Shown here piece after piece: positions 23,452-33,255 of a DNA stretch of 64,000 bases. Source of the DNA: Candidatus Eiseniibacteriota bacterium. GTDB taxonomy: Bacteria; Eisenbacteria; RBG-16-71-46; CAZEPH01. The position numbers and the translations under genes are program-made. Numbering within the stretch: position 1 is the stretch's first letter; every line of letters begins with the position of its first letter. The DNA lies in assembly GCA_044229145.1 (NCBI GenBank), contig JBGATO010000012.1, forward strand, positions 9,350 through 73,349. Direction: 5' to 3'. The notes beneath the pieces are model-generated. The model was not told the DNA's origin. It saw only the letters and a program-made list of their open reading frames with translations, and ran no database searches.

Positions 23452-24921
23452 TCAGGCGGTGGCGGCGCCGTCCGGCTCGCGCTGGCCCTCCAGATCCTCG
23501 ATCGGCACATGCGGAAAAGCCAGGCTGACCACGAACGCCAGTGCCACCAGGACGGCGATCGCGACGAACACCTCGTGCAGGCTTCCCGCCAGCGCGTCGC
23601 CGATCCGCGCCAGGACCGCGGGAGCCACGTCGCGGCCGTGATCGGGCCCGAGCAGGCTGTCCACCGCGGACGCCGGCACGCCGGGCATCCGCGACAGCGT
23701 GCGGGCAATGACGCCGCCGAGCAGACCCACCGCGATCGTCCCGCCGATCGTCCGGAAGAACATCGTGCTGCCGGTGGCCACGCCGCGCTGCTTCCAGTCG
23801 ACGCTCGCCTGCACCGCGATCAGGAGCCCGGTGTTGGCGAACCCCATGCCGATGCCGAGCAGCCCCATGCAGAGCCGGACGCCGGTGAGCGAGCCGTCCG
23901 GCCGCAACTGCCACGCGAGTCCTGCCGCCGCCACGGCCGCCAGGAACATCCCGAGCCGCACGAAGCGCCGGAAGCCGAAGCGCGGCAGCAACCGCCCGCC
24001 CACCGCCGACGCGATCGGCCAGCCGATCGCCATCGGGCTGATCGTGGTGCCGGCGTCGGTCGGGGAGCCGCCGAGCACCGCCTGTACGTGCAGCGGAATG
24101 AAGGTCACCAGCGCCAGCATGCCGGCGCCGACGATCGCTCCGGCGGCGCTCGACGCCCACATGACGCGGAGGCGGAAGAGGTCAAGCGGCAGGAGCGGCT
24201 CGTCGGCTCGCGTTTCGACCCAGAGGAACGCGGCGACCAGCGCCGCCACCGCCACCAGCACGAGAGGCGACGCTTGCGCCCCGCGCGTCTCGCCGAGCAG
24301 CAGCACGATCGCGGCGGTAAGCAGCGCAGCTCCGAGCCAGTCCAGCCGGTGCGCCGTCTTGTGCACCGTTTCGTGATAGCCGGCCACCAGGATCGCCGCC
24401 GACAGCAGGCCGAACGGCAAATTGACGTAGAACACCCAGCGCCACGACAGGTACTTCACGATCAGGCCGCCGGCGAGCGGCCCGATCATGCCGGCCACCG
24501 CCCACACCGCACCGAACACACCCTGCATCTTCGCCCGCTGCTCGATGGTGAACAGGTCGCCGACGATGGTGAGCGTCATCGGCTGCACCGCGCCGGCGCC
24601 GAGGCCCTGGATCGCGCGGAACACGATGAGCTGCGTCATGGTCTGCGCTTGGCCGCAGAGCGTCGAGCCGAGCAGGAACACGAACAGCCCGCCGAGCATC
24701 ACCGGCTTGCGGCCGTAGAGGTCGCCGAGCTTGCTGGCGATCGGCACCGTCACGGTGACCAGCAGCGTGTATGCGGCGAACACCCACGCGTAGAGATGGA
24801 CGCCGCCGAGATCGCCGATCGCGGTGGGCATGGCGGTGGAGACCACGGTCATCTCCATCGCGGCGAGGAAGAGCCCGAGGATGAGACCGGTGACGGTCAT
24901 GGCGCGGTGCGTCTGGGACAT
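23452..24921 (-). CDS. MFS multidrug transporter (DHA2/MDR family)
   Basis: MEMTVVSTAMP, GDLYGRK, RAIQGLGAG, WRWVFYVNLP. Confidence 0.93.
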   Translation of the reverse strand: MSQTHRAMTVTGLILGLFLAAMEMTVVSTAMPTAIGDLGGVHLYAWVFAAYTLLVTVTVPIASKLGDLYGRKPVMLGGLFVFLLGSTLCGQAQTMTQLIVFRAIQGLGAGAVQPMTLTIVGDLFTIEQRAKMQGVFGAVWAVAGMIGPLAGGLIVKYLSWRWVFYVNLPFGLLSAAILVAGYHETVHKTAHRLDWLGAALLTAAIVLLLGETRGAQASPLVLVAVAALVAAFLWVETRADEPLLPLDLFRLRVMWASSAAGAIVGAGMLALVTFIPLHVQAVLGGSPTDAGTTISPMAIGWPIASAVGGRLLPRFGFRRFVRLGMFLAAVAAAGLAWQLRPDGSLTGVRLCMGLLGIGMGFANTGLLIAVQASVDWKQRGVATGSTMFFRTIGGTIAVGLLGGVIARTLSRMPGVPASAVDSLLGPDHGRDVAPAVLARIGDALAGSLHEVFVAIAVLVALAFVVSLAFPHVPIEDLEGQREPDGAATA

Positions 24922-25008
24922 CGAGGGAGTACACCACGCGCCCGCCCGCCGCGTCCACTCGGGGCGCGGTCCGGGAGATGCCGCGCCGGCTGTGGTAGGC
25001 TCCGCCGC

Positions 25009-26037
25009 ATGCTGATCCTCGGAATCGAAACCTCGTGCGACGACACCGGTGCCGCGGTTCTCCGCGTCGATGGCGTCCACCGCAGCGTGCTGTCGAGCAT
25101 CCTGTCGAGTCAGGTCGTGCATCAGGAATACGGCGGCGTGGTGCCGGAGCTGGCCAGCCGCGCGCACCTCACGGCGCTCGCCCCGATGGTACGGCGCGCG
25201 CTCGACGCCGCCGGCGTGACGCTGGCCGATCTCGACGCGGTGGCGGCGACGTTCATGCCGGGGTTGGTCGGATCGCTGCTGGTCGGGCTGACGTTCGCCA
25301 AGTCGGTGGCGTGGTCGCGCGGCATTCCGTTCGTCGGCGTGAATCACATCGAGGCGCACTTGCTGGCGGTCTGCCTCGAAGTGCCGGAGTTGCAGCCGCC
25401 GTTCCTCGGGCTGGTGGTCAGCGGCGGCCACACCGAGTTCATCCTGGTCGAGGAGTGGGGCCGCTACCGGATGCTTGGCTCGACGCTCGACGACGCGGCG
25501 GGCGAGGCGTTCGACAAGGTGGGGCAGTTGCTCGGGCTGCCGTATCCGGGCGGGCCGGCCATCGACAAGACGGCGCGCGAGGGCGGCGACCCGCACGCCT
25601 TCAAGTTCCCGCGCGGCCTGCGGCACCGCGACGATTGCGACGTGTCGTTCAGCGGTCTCAAGACGGCGGTGCGGCTCACCGTCGAAAAGCTCGGGCCGGA
25701 GGAGTCGCAACGGCGCGTCGCCGACCTCGCGGCGTCGTTCCAGGAAGCGGTGGTCGCGAGCCTGGAGGACAAATTCGCCTGGGCGCTCCGCCACACCGGC
25801 GCCCGGCACGCCGTGCTGGCCGGCGGCGTGGCGGCCAACTCCGCCCTGCGCAACCGGTTGACCGCGCGCGCCGAAGCCGAGGGCGCCACCTTGCACCTCA
25901 CGCCGATGCGCTTGTGCACCGATAACGCCGCCATGATCGCGTGGGCCGGAGCGGTCAAATTGCAACACGGCGTCCGGTCGCCGCTCGATCTCGCAGCAGT
26001 TCCCGCCTTCGAGGCCGTGCCACTGAGCTGGCGCTAG
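25009..26037 (+). CDS. tsaD: tRNA N6-adenosine threonylcarbamoyltransferase
   Basis: ILGIETSCDDT, GGVVPELASRAH, NHIEAH, DDAAGEAFDK, CTDNAAMI. Confidence 0.98.
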   Translation: MLILGIETSCDDTGAAVLRVDGVHRSVLSSILSSQVVHQEYGGVVPELASRAHLTALAPMVRRALDAAGVTLADLDAVAATFMPGLVGSLLVGLTFAKSVAWSRGIPFVGVNHIEAHLLAVCLEVPELQPPFLGLVVSGGHTEFILVEEWGRYRMLGSTLDDAAGEAFDKVGQLLGLPYPGGPAIDKTAREGGDPHAFKFPRGLRHRDDCDVSFSGLKTAVRLTVEKLGPEESQRRVADLAASFQEAVVASLEDKFAWALRHTGARHAVLAGGVAANSALRNRLTARAEAEGATLHLTPMRLCTDNAAMIAWAGAVKLQHGVRSPLDLAAVPAFEAVPLSWR

Positions 26038-26227
26038 ACGCGCGGAACTGCGCAACCGCACCAGGCCCCGCCGATTCTCGTGACCCCAAGCTGGGGTCGC
26101 CTCTCTCCCGCGCCGATAGAACTTCGCGTGATCGCCACGACGGGGCGGTCGCCCGATTCACCGGCTCCCCGCGCCGCGACGGACAACTCGAGGGACGCCG
26201 GATGCACCCTGCGAAGGAGAGACGCTC

Positions 26228-27220
26228 GTGACTGCCTCCAAGGTGCTCGTCATCGACGACGAGCCGACCATCCGCCACGTCCTCAAGCTCCAACTCGAAT
26301 CGGCGGGATACGAGGTCGAAACCGAAGAGAACGGCGCCGCCGGCTTGGCGCGCGCCGGCTTGCTGATGCCCGATCTCATTCTGCTCGACGTGATGATGCC
26401 GGAGATGGATGGCTTCCAGGTCTGCCGCGCCATCCGCCGGTCGCAGCGCACGCTGCACATTCCGGTCATCATGCTCACCGCCAAGACGGAGAGCGAGGAC
26501 AAGGTGCGCGGTCTCGAGGCGGGCGCCAACGACTACCTCGAAAAGCCGTTCGCCTACCAGGAATTGCTCGCGCGCGTGCGCGGCGTGCTGGCATGGAGCC
26601 GTGCGCAGCGCGACGCCAGCCCGCTCACCGGCCTGCCGGGCAACATGTCCATCGAAGCGGTAACGACGCAGCGCCTGCAATCGGGCAAGCCGTTCGCCCT
26701 GATGTACATGGACATCGACCAGTTCAAGGCCTACAACGACAGATACGGCTACGGGCGCGGCGACGACGCGATCCGGCTGCTTGCGGATCTGCTCATCGCG
26801 ACCACCGAGAGCGTCGGTTCGCGCGATGACTTCGTCGGCCACATCGGCGGCGACGACTTCGTGCTGGTGTGCGACGCGGACCACGGCGACGCGGTGAGCC
26901 AGGAGCTCATTCGCCGCTTCGACGCCGCGGTGCCGGCGCTCTACACCGCCGAGGACCGCGAGCGCGGCTACGTCGAGTACATCAACCGTCAGGGCGCGCA
27001 CGAGAAGGCGCGTCTCATGTCGCTCACCGTGGCGATGGTGATGTCGGGCGACGGCGAATTCACGCACTACGCGCAGTTGATCGACGTGGTGGCGCAGCTC
27101 AAGTCGTACGGCAAGAAGAAGGTCGGCTCGGTGGTGGTGCGCGAGCGCCGCGGCGACGGACGCGCGGTGCAGGAAGTCGCGTTCCAGGGCCCGAGCGGCG
27201 AAGCGGAGGTGGCGGCCTAG
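26228..27220 (+). CDS. REC-GGDEF diguanylate cyclase
   Basis: REC (LLDVMMP, LTAK); 'SPLTGLPGN', 'DIDQFKAYNDRYG', HIGGDDF. Confidence 0.92.
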   Translation: MTASKVLVIDDEPTIRHVLKLQLESAGYEVETEENGAAGLARAGLLMPDLILLDVMMPEMDGFQVCRAIRRSQRTLHIPVIMLTAKTESEDKVRGLEAGANDYLEKPFAYQELLARVRGVLAWSRAQRDASPLTGLPGNMSIEAVTTQRLQSGKPFALMYMDIDQFKAYNDRYGYGRGDDAIRLLADLLIATTESVGSRDDFVGHIGGDDFVLVCDADHGDAVSQELIRRFDAAVPALYTAEDRERGYVEYINRQGAHEKARLMSLTVAMVMSGDGEFTHYAQLIDVVAQLKSYGKKKVGSVVVRERRGDGRAVQEVAFQGPSGEAEVAA

Positions 27221-27222
27221 CC

Positions 27223-27639
27223 ATGCCCGCCCTGCGCGTCCTCGTCATCGACGACGAGCCGTTCATTCGGCAGATCTTGGAGTTCGGCCTCAAGGCCGAA
27301 GGGTTCGAGGTGCTGACTGCCTGCGACGGCGCCGACGGCTTGGCCGCCGCGCGCCGCGAGCGTCCGGACTGCGTCGTGTGCGACATCATGATGCCGGAAG
27401 TCGATGGCTACTCAGTGTGCCGCGAGTTGAAGGGCGACGCCGACACCCGCGGGATTCCGGTGGTCCTGCTGTCCGCCAAGGGCAGCCCGGCCGACATCGA
27501 ATCGGGCTTCGCCGCCGGGTGCGACGACTACGTCACGAAGCCGTTTTCGCCGCGCAAGCTCACCGACTTGCTGCGCGGGTTGTTGGTGCAGGTGCCCGGC
27601 GACGGGCACGGCGACGCGGCCGGCGCCACCGCCGCCTAG
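27223..27639 (+). CDS. Single-domain response regulator
   Basis: VIDDE, CDIMMP, LSAK, KPF. Confidence 0.9.
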   Translation: MPALRVLVIDDEPFIRQILEFGLKAEGFEVLTACDGADGLAAARRERPDCVVCDIMMPEVDGYSVCRELKGDADTRGIPVVLLSAKGSPADIESGFAAGCDDYVTKPFSPRKLTDLLRGLLVQVPGDGHGDAAGATAA

Positions 27640-27687
27640 AGCTCCCCGCCCGAGGATTCCTTGCCCGCGCCGCCCGGCGCGGCTAGC

Positions 27688-28893
27688 ATGACCCCGGCTC
27701 ATCGCCTTTCGCGCGAGGACGGGGACGTGGCGCACTTCGACGACGATCAAGATTCGGCGGTCCTGCGGCCGCGCCGGCGGCGCGGCGGGCGGCGGCGTTC
27801 CTCGTCGTCTCCCGCGGATGATCCGCCGATGATGCCGCCACTGCGCGTAGCCGCCGCAGCGGGCGGATTCTCGCTAGGCCGCTGGGTGCTGATCGCCGCG
27901 CTACTCGGCGTGGCCTACCAAGCCCGCGACGTCCTGGTGCTGCTCGTCATCGCGTTGCTGTTCGCGCACGCGGTGGCGCCGGTGGTGGATGGTCTCGCTT
28001 CGGTGCGCGTGGCCGGCCGGCCATTTCCGCGCTCGGTGGCAGCCGGGCTCGTCTTGTTGGCGGCGCTCGCGGCCCTCGGCTGGTTCGTGTCGACGCTGGT
28101 GCCGGTCTTGCTCGCCGACTTTTCGCAGTTGCTCCAGCGCGCCCCGGCGTACTTGAAGACCACGCAAGCATTCCTCCAGCAACTCCGCGTGCGCGGCGAA
28201 GGATTGTCGTTGCCCGAGAGTTGGTGGGCGGCGCTGGATGCGGCGATCAGCGGCGAAGTGGCCAAGCTGGCGAGTGGATTCGGGCGCGGCGCGGTGTCCG
28301 TGCTCTCGCACGTGGTGCAGATCCTCGGGCTGGTGGTCATTCCGATCCTATCGTTCCATTTGCTGCGCGACGGTCCGCGCTTCACCGCGTGGATCGTGAC
28401 GTTGGTGCCCTCGCATCGCCGGCTCGCGGTGCGCGGCCTGGTGCACGACATCGACCGCGCACTGGCGGCGTATGTGCGCGGCCAGACGTTGGTGTGCGTC
28501 ACCATGGGCGTGTCGGTCGGCGTGGCGCTGGCGCTCATCGGCTTCCCGTACGCGCCGCTGCTCGGCACGTTCGCGGGACTGGCCGAGGCGGTGCCGTACA
28601 TCGGCGCGCTGGCGATGGAAGTGTTGCTGGCGATTCTCGGATTGTCGGTCTCGCCGACCTACGCGTTGCTCGGCCCCGGCGTGTACTTCGTGCTCAATCA
28701 GGCGCTGGGCATGTTGGTGACGCCGCAATTGATGAGCCGGCGCCTCGACTTGCACCCGATGGCGGTCATCCTCGCGGTGTTCGTCGGCGGCAGCGTCGGC
28801 GGGTTCGTGGGGATGGTTCTGGCGCTGCCGGGCGCGGCCATCGCGAAGGTGTTGCTCGACCGCTGGCGCGCGCACGCTGACGCGGCCCGCTGA
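27688..28893 (+). CDS. AI-2E family transporter
   Basis: YVRGQ, VPYIG, 'PQLMSRRLDLHP', GMVLALP; start uncertain. Confidence 0.88.
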   Translation: MTPAHRLSREDGDVAHFDDDQDSAVLRPRRRRGGRRRSSSSPADDPPMMPPLRVAAAAGGFSLGRWVLIAALLGVAYQARDVLVLLVIALLFAHAVAPVVDGLASVRVAGRPFPRSVAAGLVLLAALAALGWFVSTLVPVLLADFSQLLQRAPAYLKTTQAFLQQLRVRGEGLSLPESWWAALDAAISGEVAKLASGFGRGAVSVLSHVVQILGLVVIPILSFHLLRDGPRFTAWIVTLVPSHRRLAVRGLVHDIDRALAAYVRGQTLVCVTMGVSVGVALALIGFPYAPLLGTFAGLAEAVPYIGALAMEVLLAILGLSVSPTYALLGPGVYFVLNQALGMLVTPQLMSRRLDLHPMAVILAVFVGGSVGGFVGMVLALPGAAIAKVLLDRWRAHADAAR

Positions 28894-29020
28894 CATCCGC
28901 CGCCGCGTCGGCTAGACTGCCGCCTCCGCCTGCGCGGCGGGCCAGGCTGCGACGCGTCGCCGTCGCCCCTCACTCACTTCGACCGGCGATCGCCCCGTGC
29001 GGCGCGCCCGGAGGATTCGC

Positions 29021-29575
29021 ATGATTCGCCCCGACCGCTGGATCCGCGAGATGTCGCTGAAGCACGGCATGATCGAGCCGTTCGCGGAAGGCCAGGTGCG
29101 CCCCGGCGTGATCTCGTACGGTGTGTCGTCGTACGGCTACGACATCCGCGTCGCCGACGAGTTCAAGATCTTCACCAACGTCAACTCGTCGATCGTCGAC
29201 CCCAAGAACTTCGATCCGGCGTCGATGGTGGATTACAAGGGCGACGTCTGCATCGTGCCGCCGAACTCGTTCGCGCTGGCTCGCACTATTGAATACTTTA
29301 GAATTCCGCGCAATGTACTAACTATTTGTCTCGGAAAAAGCACCTATGCGCGCTGCGGCATCATCCTCAACGTGACGCCGTTCGAGCCGGAATGGGAAGG
29401 CTACGTGACGCTCGAGATCAGCAACACGACGCCGCTGCCGGCGCGCATCTACGCGAATGAAGGTATCGCGCAGGTGTTGTTCTTCGAGAGCGACGAGGCG
29501 TGCGAGACGTCGTACGCGGACAAGAAGGGCAAGTATCAATCGCAGGGCGGCATCGTCCTGCCCAAGGTTCTCTAG
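29021..29575 (+). CDS. dcd: dCTP deaminase
   Basis: [37 protein letters not shown]. Confidence 0.97.
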   Translation: MIRPDRWIREMSLKHGMIEPFAEGQVRPGVISYGVSSYGYDIRVADEFKIFTNVNSSIVDPKNFDPASMVDYKGDVCIVPPNSFALARTIEYFRIPRNVLTICLGKSTYARCGIILNVTPFEPEWEGYVTLEISNTTPLPARIYANEGIAQVLFFESDEACETSYADKKGKYQSQGGIVLPKVL

Positions 29576-29603
29576 CGGCGCACGCGCGTCAGGAGGTTCG
29601 GCA

Positions 29604-30293
29604 ATGCTCACCGTTCGCTGGCTCGGTCACGCGGCGTTTTCCGTCACCGACGGCACGCACACCGTGCTGATCGATCCGTTTCTCACCGGCAATCCGAAGG
29701 CGGCGGCGAAGGCCGAGGAGGTCGCGGCCGACGCGATCCTCGTCTCGCACGGCCACGACGATCACATCGGCGACACCGTCGCCATCGCCCAGCGCACCGG
29801 CGCGCAGGTGGTCGCGACCTACGAACTGGCGATGTACTGCAGCCGCAAGGGCGCGCCCTCGGTGCACGCGATGAACGCCGGCGGCGCGTACGAGTTCCCG
29901 TGGGGTCGCGTGAAGTTGGTGCAGGCGGTGCACTCGAGCGGTGCGGAAGGCGGCACCGTGTACACCGGCAACGCCACCGGCATTCTGCTCACCATGTCGG
30001 GCAAGACGGTCTACCACTCGGGCGACACCGCGCTGTTCAGCGACATGGACTTGATCGGCTCGTACAACGACATCGACGTCGCGCTGCTGGCGATCGGCGA
30101 CAACTACACGATGGGCGTGCACGACGCCGGACTTGCCGCGCGCATGCTGCATGCTGGCCACGTCATCCCGATGCACTTCGACACCTTTGACGTGATCCAC
30201 GCCGATGCCGAGGAGTTCAAGCGCGACGTCGAAGCGGCGAGCGGGTCGCTGTGCACGATCCTGCAGCCGGGCGATGAACTCACCGTGCAGTAG
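29604..30293 (+). CDS. MBL-fold metal-dependent hydrolase (UPF0173)
   Basis: WLGHA, IDPFL, SHGHDDH, HSGDT, PMHFDTF. Confidence 0.92.
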   Translation: MLTVRWLGHAAFSVTDGTHTVLIDPFLTGNPKAAAKAEEVAADAILVSHGHDDHIGDTVAIAQRTGAQVVATYELAMYCSRKGAPSVHAMNAGGAYEFPWGRVKLVQAVHSSGAEGGTVYTGNATGILLTMSGKTVYHSGDTALFSDMDLIGSYNDIDVALLAIGDNYTMGVHDAGLAARMLHAGHVIPMHFDTFDVIHADAEEFKRDVEAASGSLCTILQPGDELTVQ

Positions 30294-30317
30294 CGCGGCA
30301 CATCGCGGGATGCGACG

Positions 30318-30349
30318 ACGGCGCGCCTCCGCGAGGGGGCGCGCCGTTT
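30318..30349. terminator. Terminator hairpin between convergent genes
   Basis: acggcgcgcctcc-gcga-gggggcgcgccgt followed by tt. Confidence 0.65.
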
Positions 30350-30368
30350 CGCGTGTGTCGCGGCGGTT

Positions 30369-31658
30369 CTACGCTTCGAGCGGATGCAGCACCAAGCCGG
30401 TGGGCACCTTCGGCGTGAACCACGTCGACTTCTGCGGCATCACGTCGCCGGCCTCGGCGATCCGGGCGATGGTGTGCACCTCCACCGCGTGCAGCACGAA
30501 GCCGAGTTGCGCGTCGCCGCGGGCGACGAGGGCGAGCGTCTCGGCCGGATCGTGGTGGAAGGTGACGAAGCCGCCGGCACGGATCGCCTCGTCGTCCAAG
30601 CCGAGTTCGGCACCGAAGATCTCGCGTTCGAGCACGCGGGTGTCGAGCGCCTCGCGCATCGACGGCGCTTCCTCGCGGCCGTTGCGCGATTCGAGCAGGT
30701 ACAGGCCGGCGCCGCCGACGGCGCAGAGGAAACGCGCCCGCGTGCGGCTGGTGGCCGTGTGCGTGCGCAGCGCCGCCTCGCGCGCCGCCGCGTCCTCGAC
30801 ATCGCCGAGTCGCGTGAGGGCGAAGTCGCGCAGCAGCGACGCCACGAACACCTGCGGCTCGAACGCCGGCAGGTTGCGCACCGCGCGGTGGTAGCCGAGG
30901 CACGCCAGCCCGGGATCTTCCATCCGCGCGAGATACATCATCGCGTGGTTCATCGGATGTTCGCCGTGCGCACCGGATTCCTGGGCGAAGGTGAGCGCGG
31001 TCTCGTAGCGGTGGTGCCCATCGGCGATGAGGATGGCGCGCGGGCGCAGGATCTCGGCGAGCGTCTCGCACGCGGTCGGATCGTCGACGATCCACAGCAG
31101 ATGCTCGGCGTCCGCAGTGCGGGCGCGCGCGGTCGCGGCGCCGGCGGTCGCCGCGTTCAACGCGGCGAGCAGGGCCTCATCGCCGTCTTCCACCAGGCCG
31201 AACACGCTGCTGGTGTTGGTGTGGGTGGCGCGGAGCATGTGGAGCCGGTCGAGCTTCGGACCGGAGAGCGTCTTCTCGTGCCGCAGCACCGGCCCGATGC
31301 CGGGCTCCGCCGGCGCGTCGAGCGGCCGCAACTGCACGCGCGCGGTCAGCCCGAGGCGTTCGCGCGGCTGTCCGTCGAGCGTGAAGCGCGTCCGCGTGAC
31401 GTAGAACGACGGCACATCGTCGCGCACCAGCACGCCGGCCTCGCGCCAACCGCGCAGCGTCGCGGCCGCCACTTCGTAGCGCTGCGTGAGGTCCGGCAGC
31501 CCGAGTTCGACCCGCACGATGTTCGACTCGTGCGCCGCCAGCAGCCGCTGCTCCTCGACGGGCGAGATGGCGTCGTACGGCGGTGCGATCAGGATGCCGA
31601 GATCGTCGGCGACGGACGACGCGTAACGCAGTCCACGGAACGGGCGAACCAGTGCCAT
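30369..31658 (-). CDS. DUF1015 family protein
   Basis: VRPFRGLRY, APPYD, HEKT, IADGHHRYETA, MPQKSTWFTPK. Confidence 0.92.
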   Translation of the reverse strand: MALVRPFRGLRYASSVADDLGILIAPPYDAISPVEEQRLLAAHESNIVRVELGLPDLTQRYEVAAATLRGWREAGVLVRDDVPSFYVTRTRFTLDGQPRERLGLTARVQLRPLDAPAEPGIGPVLRHEKTLSGPKLDRLHMLRATHTNTSSVFGLVEDGDEALLAALNAATAGAATARARTADAEHLLWIVDDPTACETLAEILRPRAILIADGHHRYETALTFAQESGAHGEHPMNHAMMYLARMEDPGLACLGYHRAVRNLPAFEPQVFVASLLRDFALTRLGDVEDAAAREAALRTHTATSRTRARFLCAVGGAGLYLLESRNGREEAPSMREALDTRVLEREIFGAELGLDDEAIRAGGFVTFHHDPAETLALVARGDAQLGFVLHAVEVHTIARIAEAGDVMPQKSTWFTPKVPTGLVLHPLEA

Positions 31659-31874
31659 CGGGAAACTCCTCCTGCGCGACGCCGCACGGTGCGGCATCGC
31701 ATGCGAGCGCGCACCGTAGCAGCGCGGCCGGGGCGCCGCCCAGATCCGCGCCCCGTGGCCACAAGGCGAGCGTGGCATGCGCCGAACGGGGACCGCGGTC
31801 CGCACTCGTCGTGCGCAGGCGTGCAGGCCGCCTGGCTTGCATCGGCGCCGCCCGGGCGGTATGGTCGACCGTCC

Positions 31875-33245
31875 ATGAGCGAACGACACGAGGACACGTC
31901 CCGCCTGCTCCTGCGCGGCGGGACGTTGTATACGGTGGATGCCCGCCACACCGTCCTGCGCGGCGACCTGTTGATCTCCGGGGGCCGCATTGCCGCGATG
32001 GGCGAGATCTCCGATGCCGATGCCGCGGGCGCGCGCGTCCTCGACGCCCGCAATTGCGTCGTGCTGCCCGGCTTCGTGCAAACCCACCTGCACCTGTGCC
32101 AAACCTTGTTCCGCGGGCTCGCCGAAAATCGCGAGCTGACCCGCTGGCTCGAGGAGCGCATCTGGCCTCTCGAGGCCGCGCACACGCCGGAGACCTTGCG
32201 CGCCGCCGCGCGCGTCGGCATCGCCGAACTGTTGCTCGGCGGCACCACGTGCATTCACGACATGGGCACCGTGCACCACCAGCCGGCGATCTTCGACGCC
32301 ATCCTGGAGAGCGGCATTCGGGCCGCCGCCGGCAAGGCGATGATGGACGTCGGCGACGCGGTGCCCGCCGGCCTGCGCGAAGACACCGACGCGTCGCTGC
32401 GCGAGAGCCTCGACTTGCTCGCGCGCTGGCACGGGGCCGACGACGATCGCATCCGCTACGCGTTCGCCCCACGCTTCGTGCTGAGCGCCAGCAAGCCGCT
32501 GTGGCAACAGGTCGAGGCCGAATCGCAGCGCACCGGCGCCGGCATCCACTCGCACGCCGCCGAAAGCACGCGCGAGTGCGATCTCGTCGAATCCGCGGTC
32601 GGCTGCGGCGCCGTCGAGTACTTCCACCGCATCGGCGTGCTCAGCGAACGGCTGCGCCTCGCGCACGCGGTGTGGATCGGCGAGGACGACCGTGCGCGCA
32701 TCGCGCGTAGCGGCACCCACCTCGTCCACTGCCCGTCGTCGAATCTCAAACTCAGTTCGGGGATCGCCGATGTGTGGTCGATGCGGCGCGCCGGCATCAA
32801 CCTGTCGCTCGGCGCCGACGGCGCGGCCTGCAACAACACACTCGACATGTTCCAGGAGATGCGGCTCGCGGGCCAACTCGCGACCTATCTCCACGGCCCC
32901 GGCACGCTGCCCAGCCGCGACATCCTCGAGATGGCCACGCGCGGCGGCGCCCGCGCCCTGGCCTGGGATCGCGACATCGGCAGCCTCGAAACCGGCAAGC
33001 GGGCCGATGTCATCGTGGTGCGCCTCGACGCGCCGCACGTCCTTCCCGGCGAGGGCGACGGCGCCTCCCTCGCCGACACCGTCGTCTATGCCTGCCGCGC
33101 CAGCGACGTCGCACACGTCATGGTCGCCGGACGCCTCCTGGTGGAGGGCGGCCGATTGATCCATGGCGACTGGACCTCGCTGCGCGATGATGCCGTCCGC
33201 GCACGTGCCGATATTCTCCCACGCGCGCAGCTACCCACCGAGTGA
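31875..33245 (+). CDS. Amidohydrolase, 5'-deoxyadenosine/MTA-SAH deaminase-like
   Basis: PGFVQTHLHLCQTLFRG, HAAE, HCPSSNLKL, GADGAACNN. Confidence 0.9.
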   Translation: MSERHEDTSRLLLRGGTLYTVDARHTVLRGDLLISGGRIAAMGEISDADAAGARVLDARNCVVLPGFVQTHLHLCQTLFRGLAENRELTRWLEERIWPLEAAHTPETLRAAARVGIAELLLGGTTCIHDMGTVHHQPAIFDAILESGIRAAAGKAMMDVGDAVPAGLREDTDASLRESLDLLARWHGADDDRIRYAFAPRFVLSASKPLWQQVEAESQRTGAGIHSHAAESTRECDLVESAVGCGAVEYFHRIGVLSERLRLAHAVWIGEDDRARIARSGTHLVHCPSSNLKLSSGIADVWSMRRAGINLSLGADGAACNNTLDMFQEMRLAGQLATYLHGPGTLPSRDILEMATRGGARALAWDRDIGSLETGKRADVIVVRLDAPHVLPGEGDGASLADTVVYACRASDVAHVMVAGRLLVEGGRLIHGDWTSLRDDAVRARADILPRAQLPTE

Positions 33246-33255
33246 CGAGGACTTC

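Noticed and set aside
26228..27220. Hypr GGDEF (cGAMP synthase)
   Set aside because: The specificity position is Asp ('GRGDD'), as in ordinary diguanylate cyclases, not Ser/Thr.
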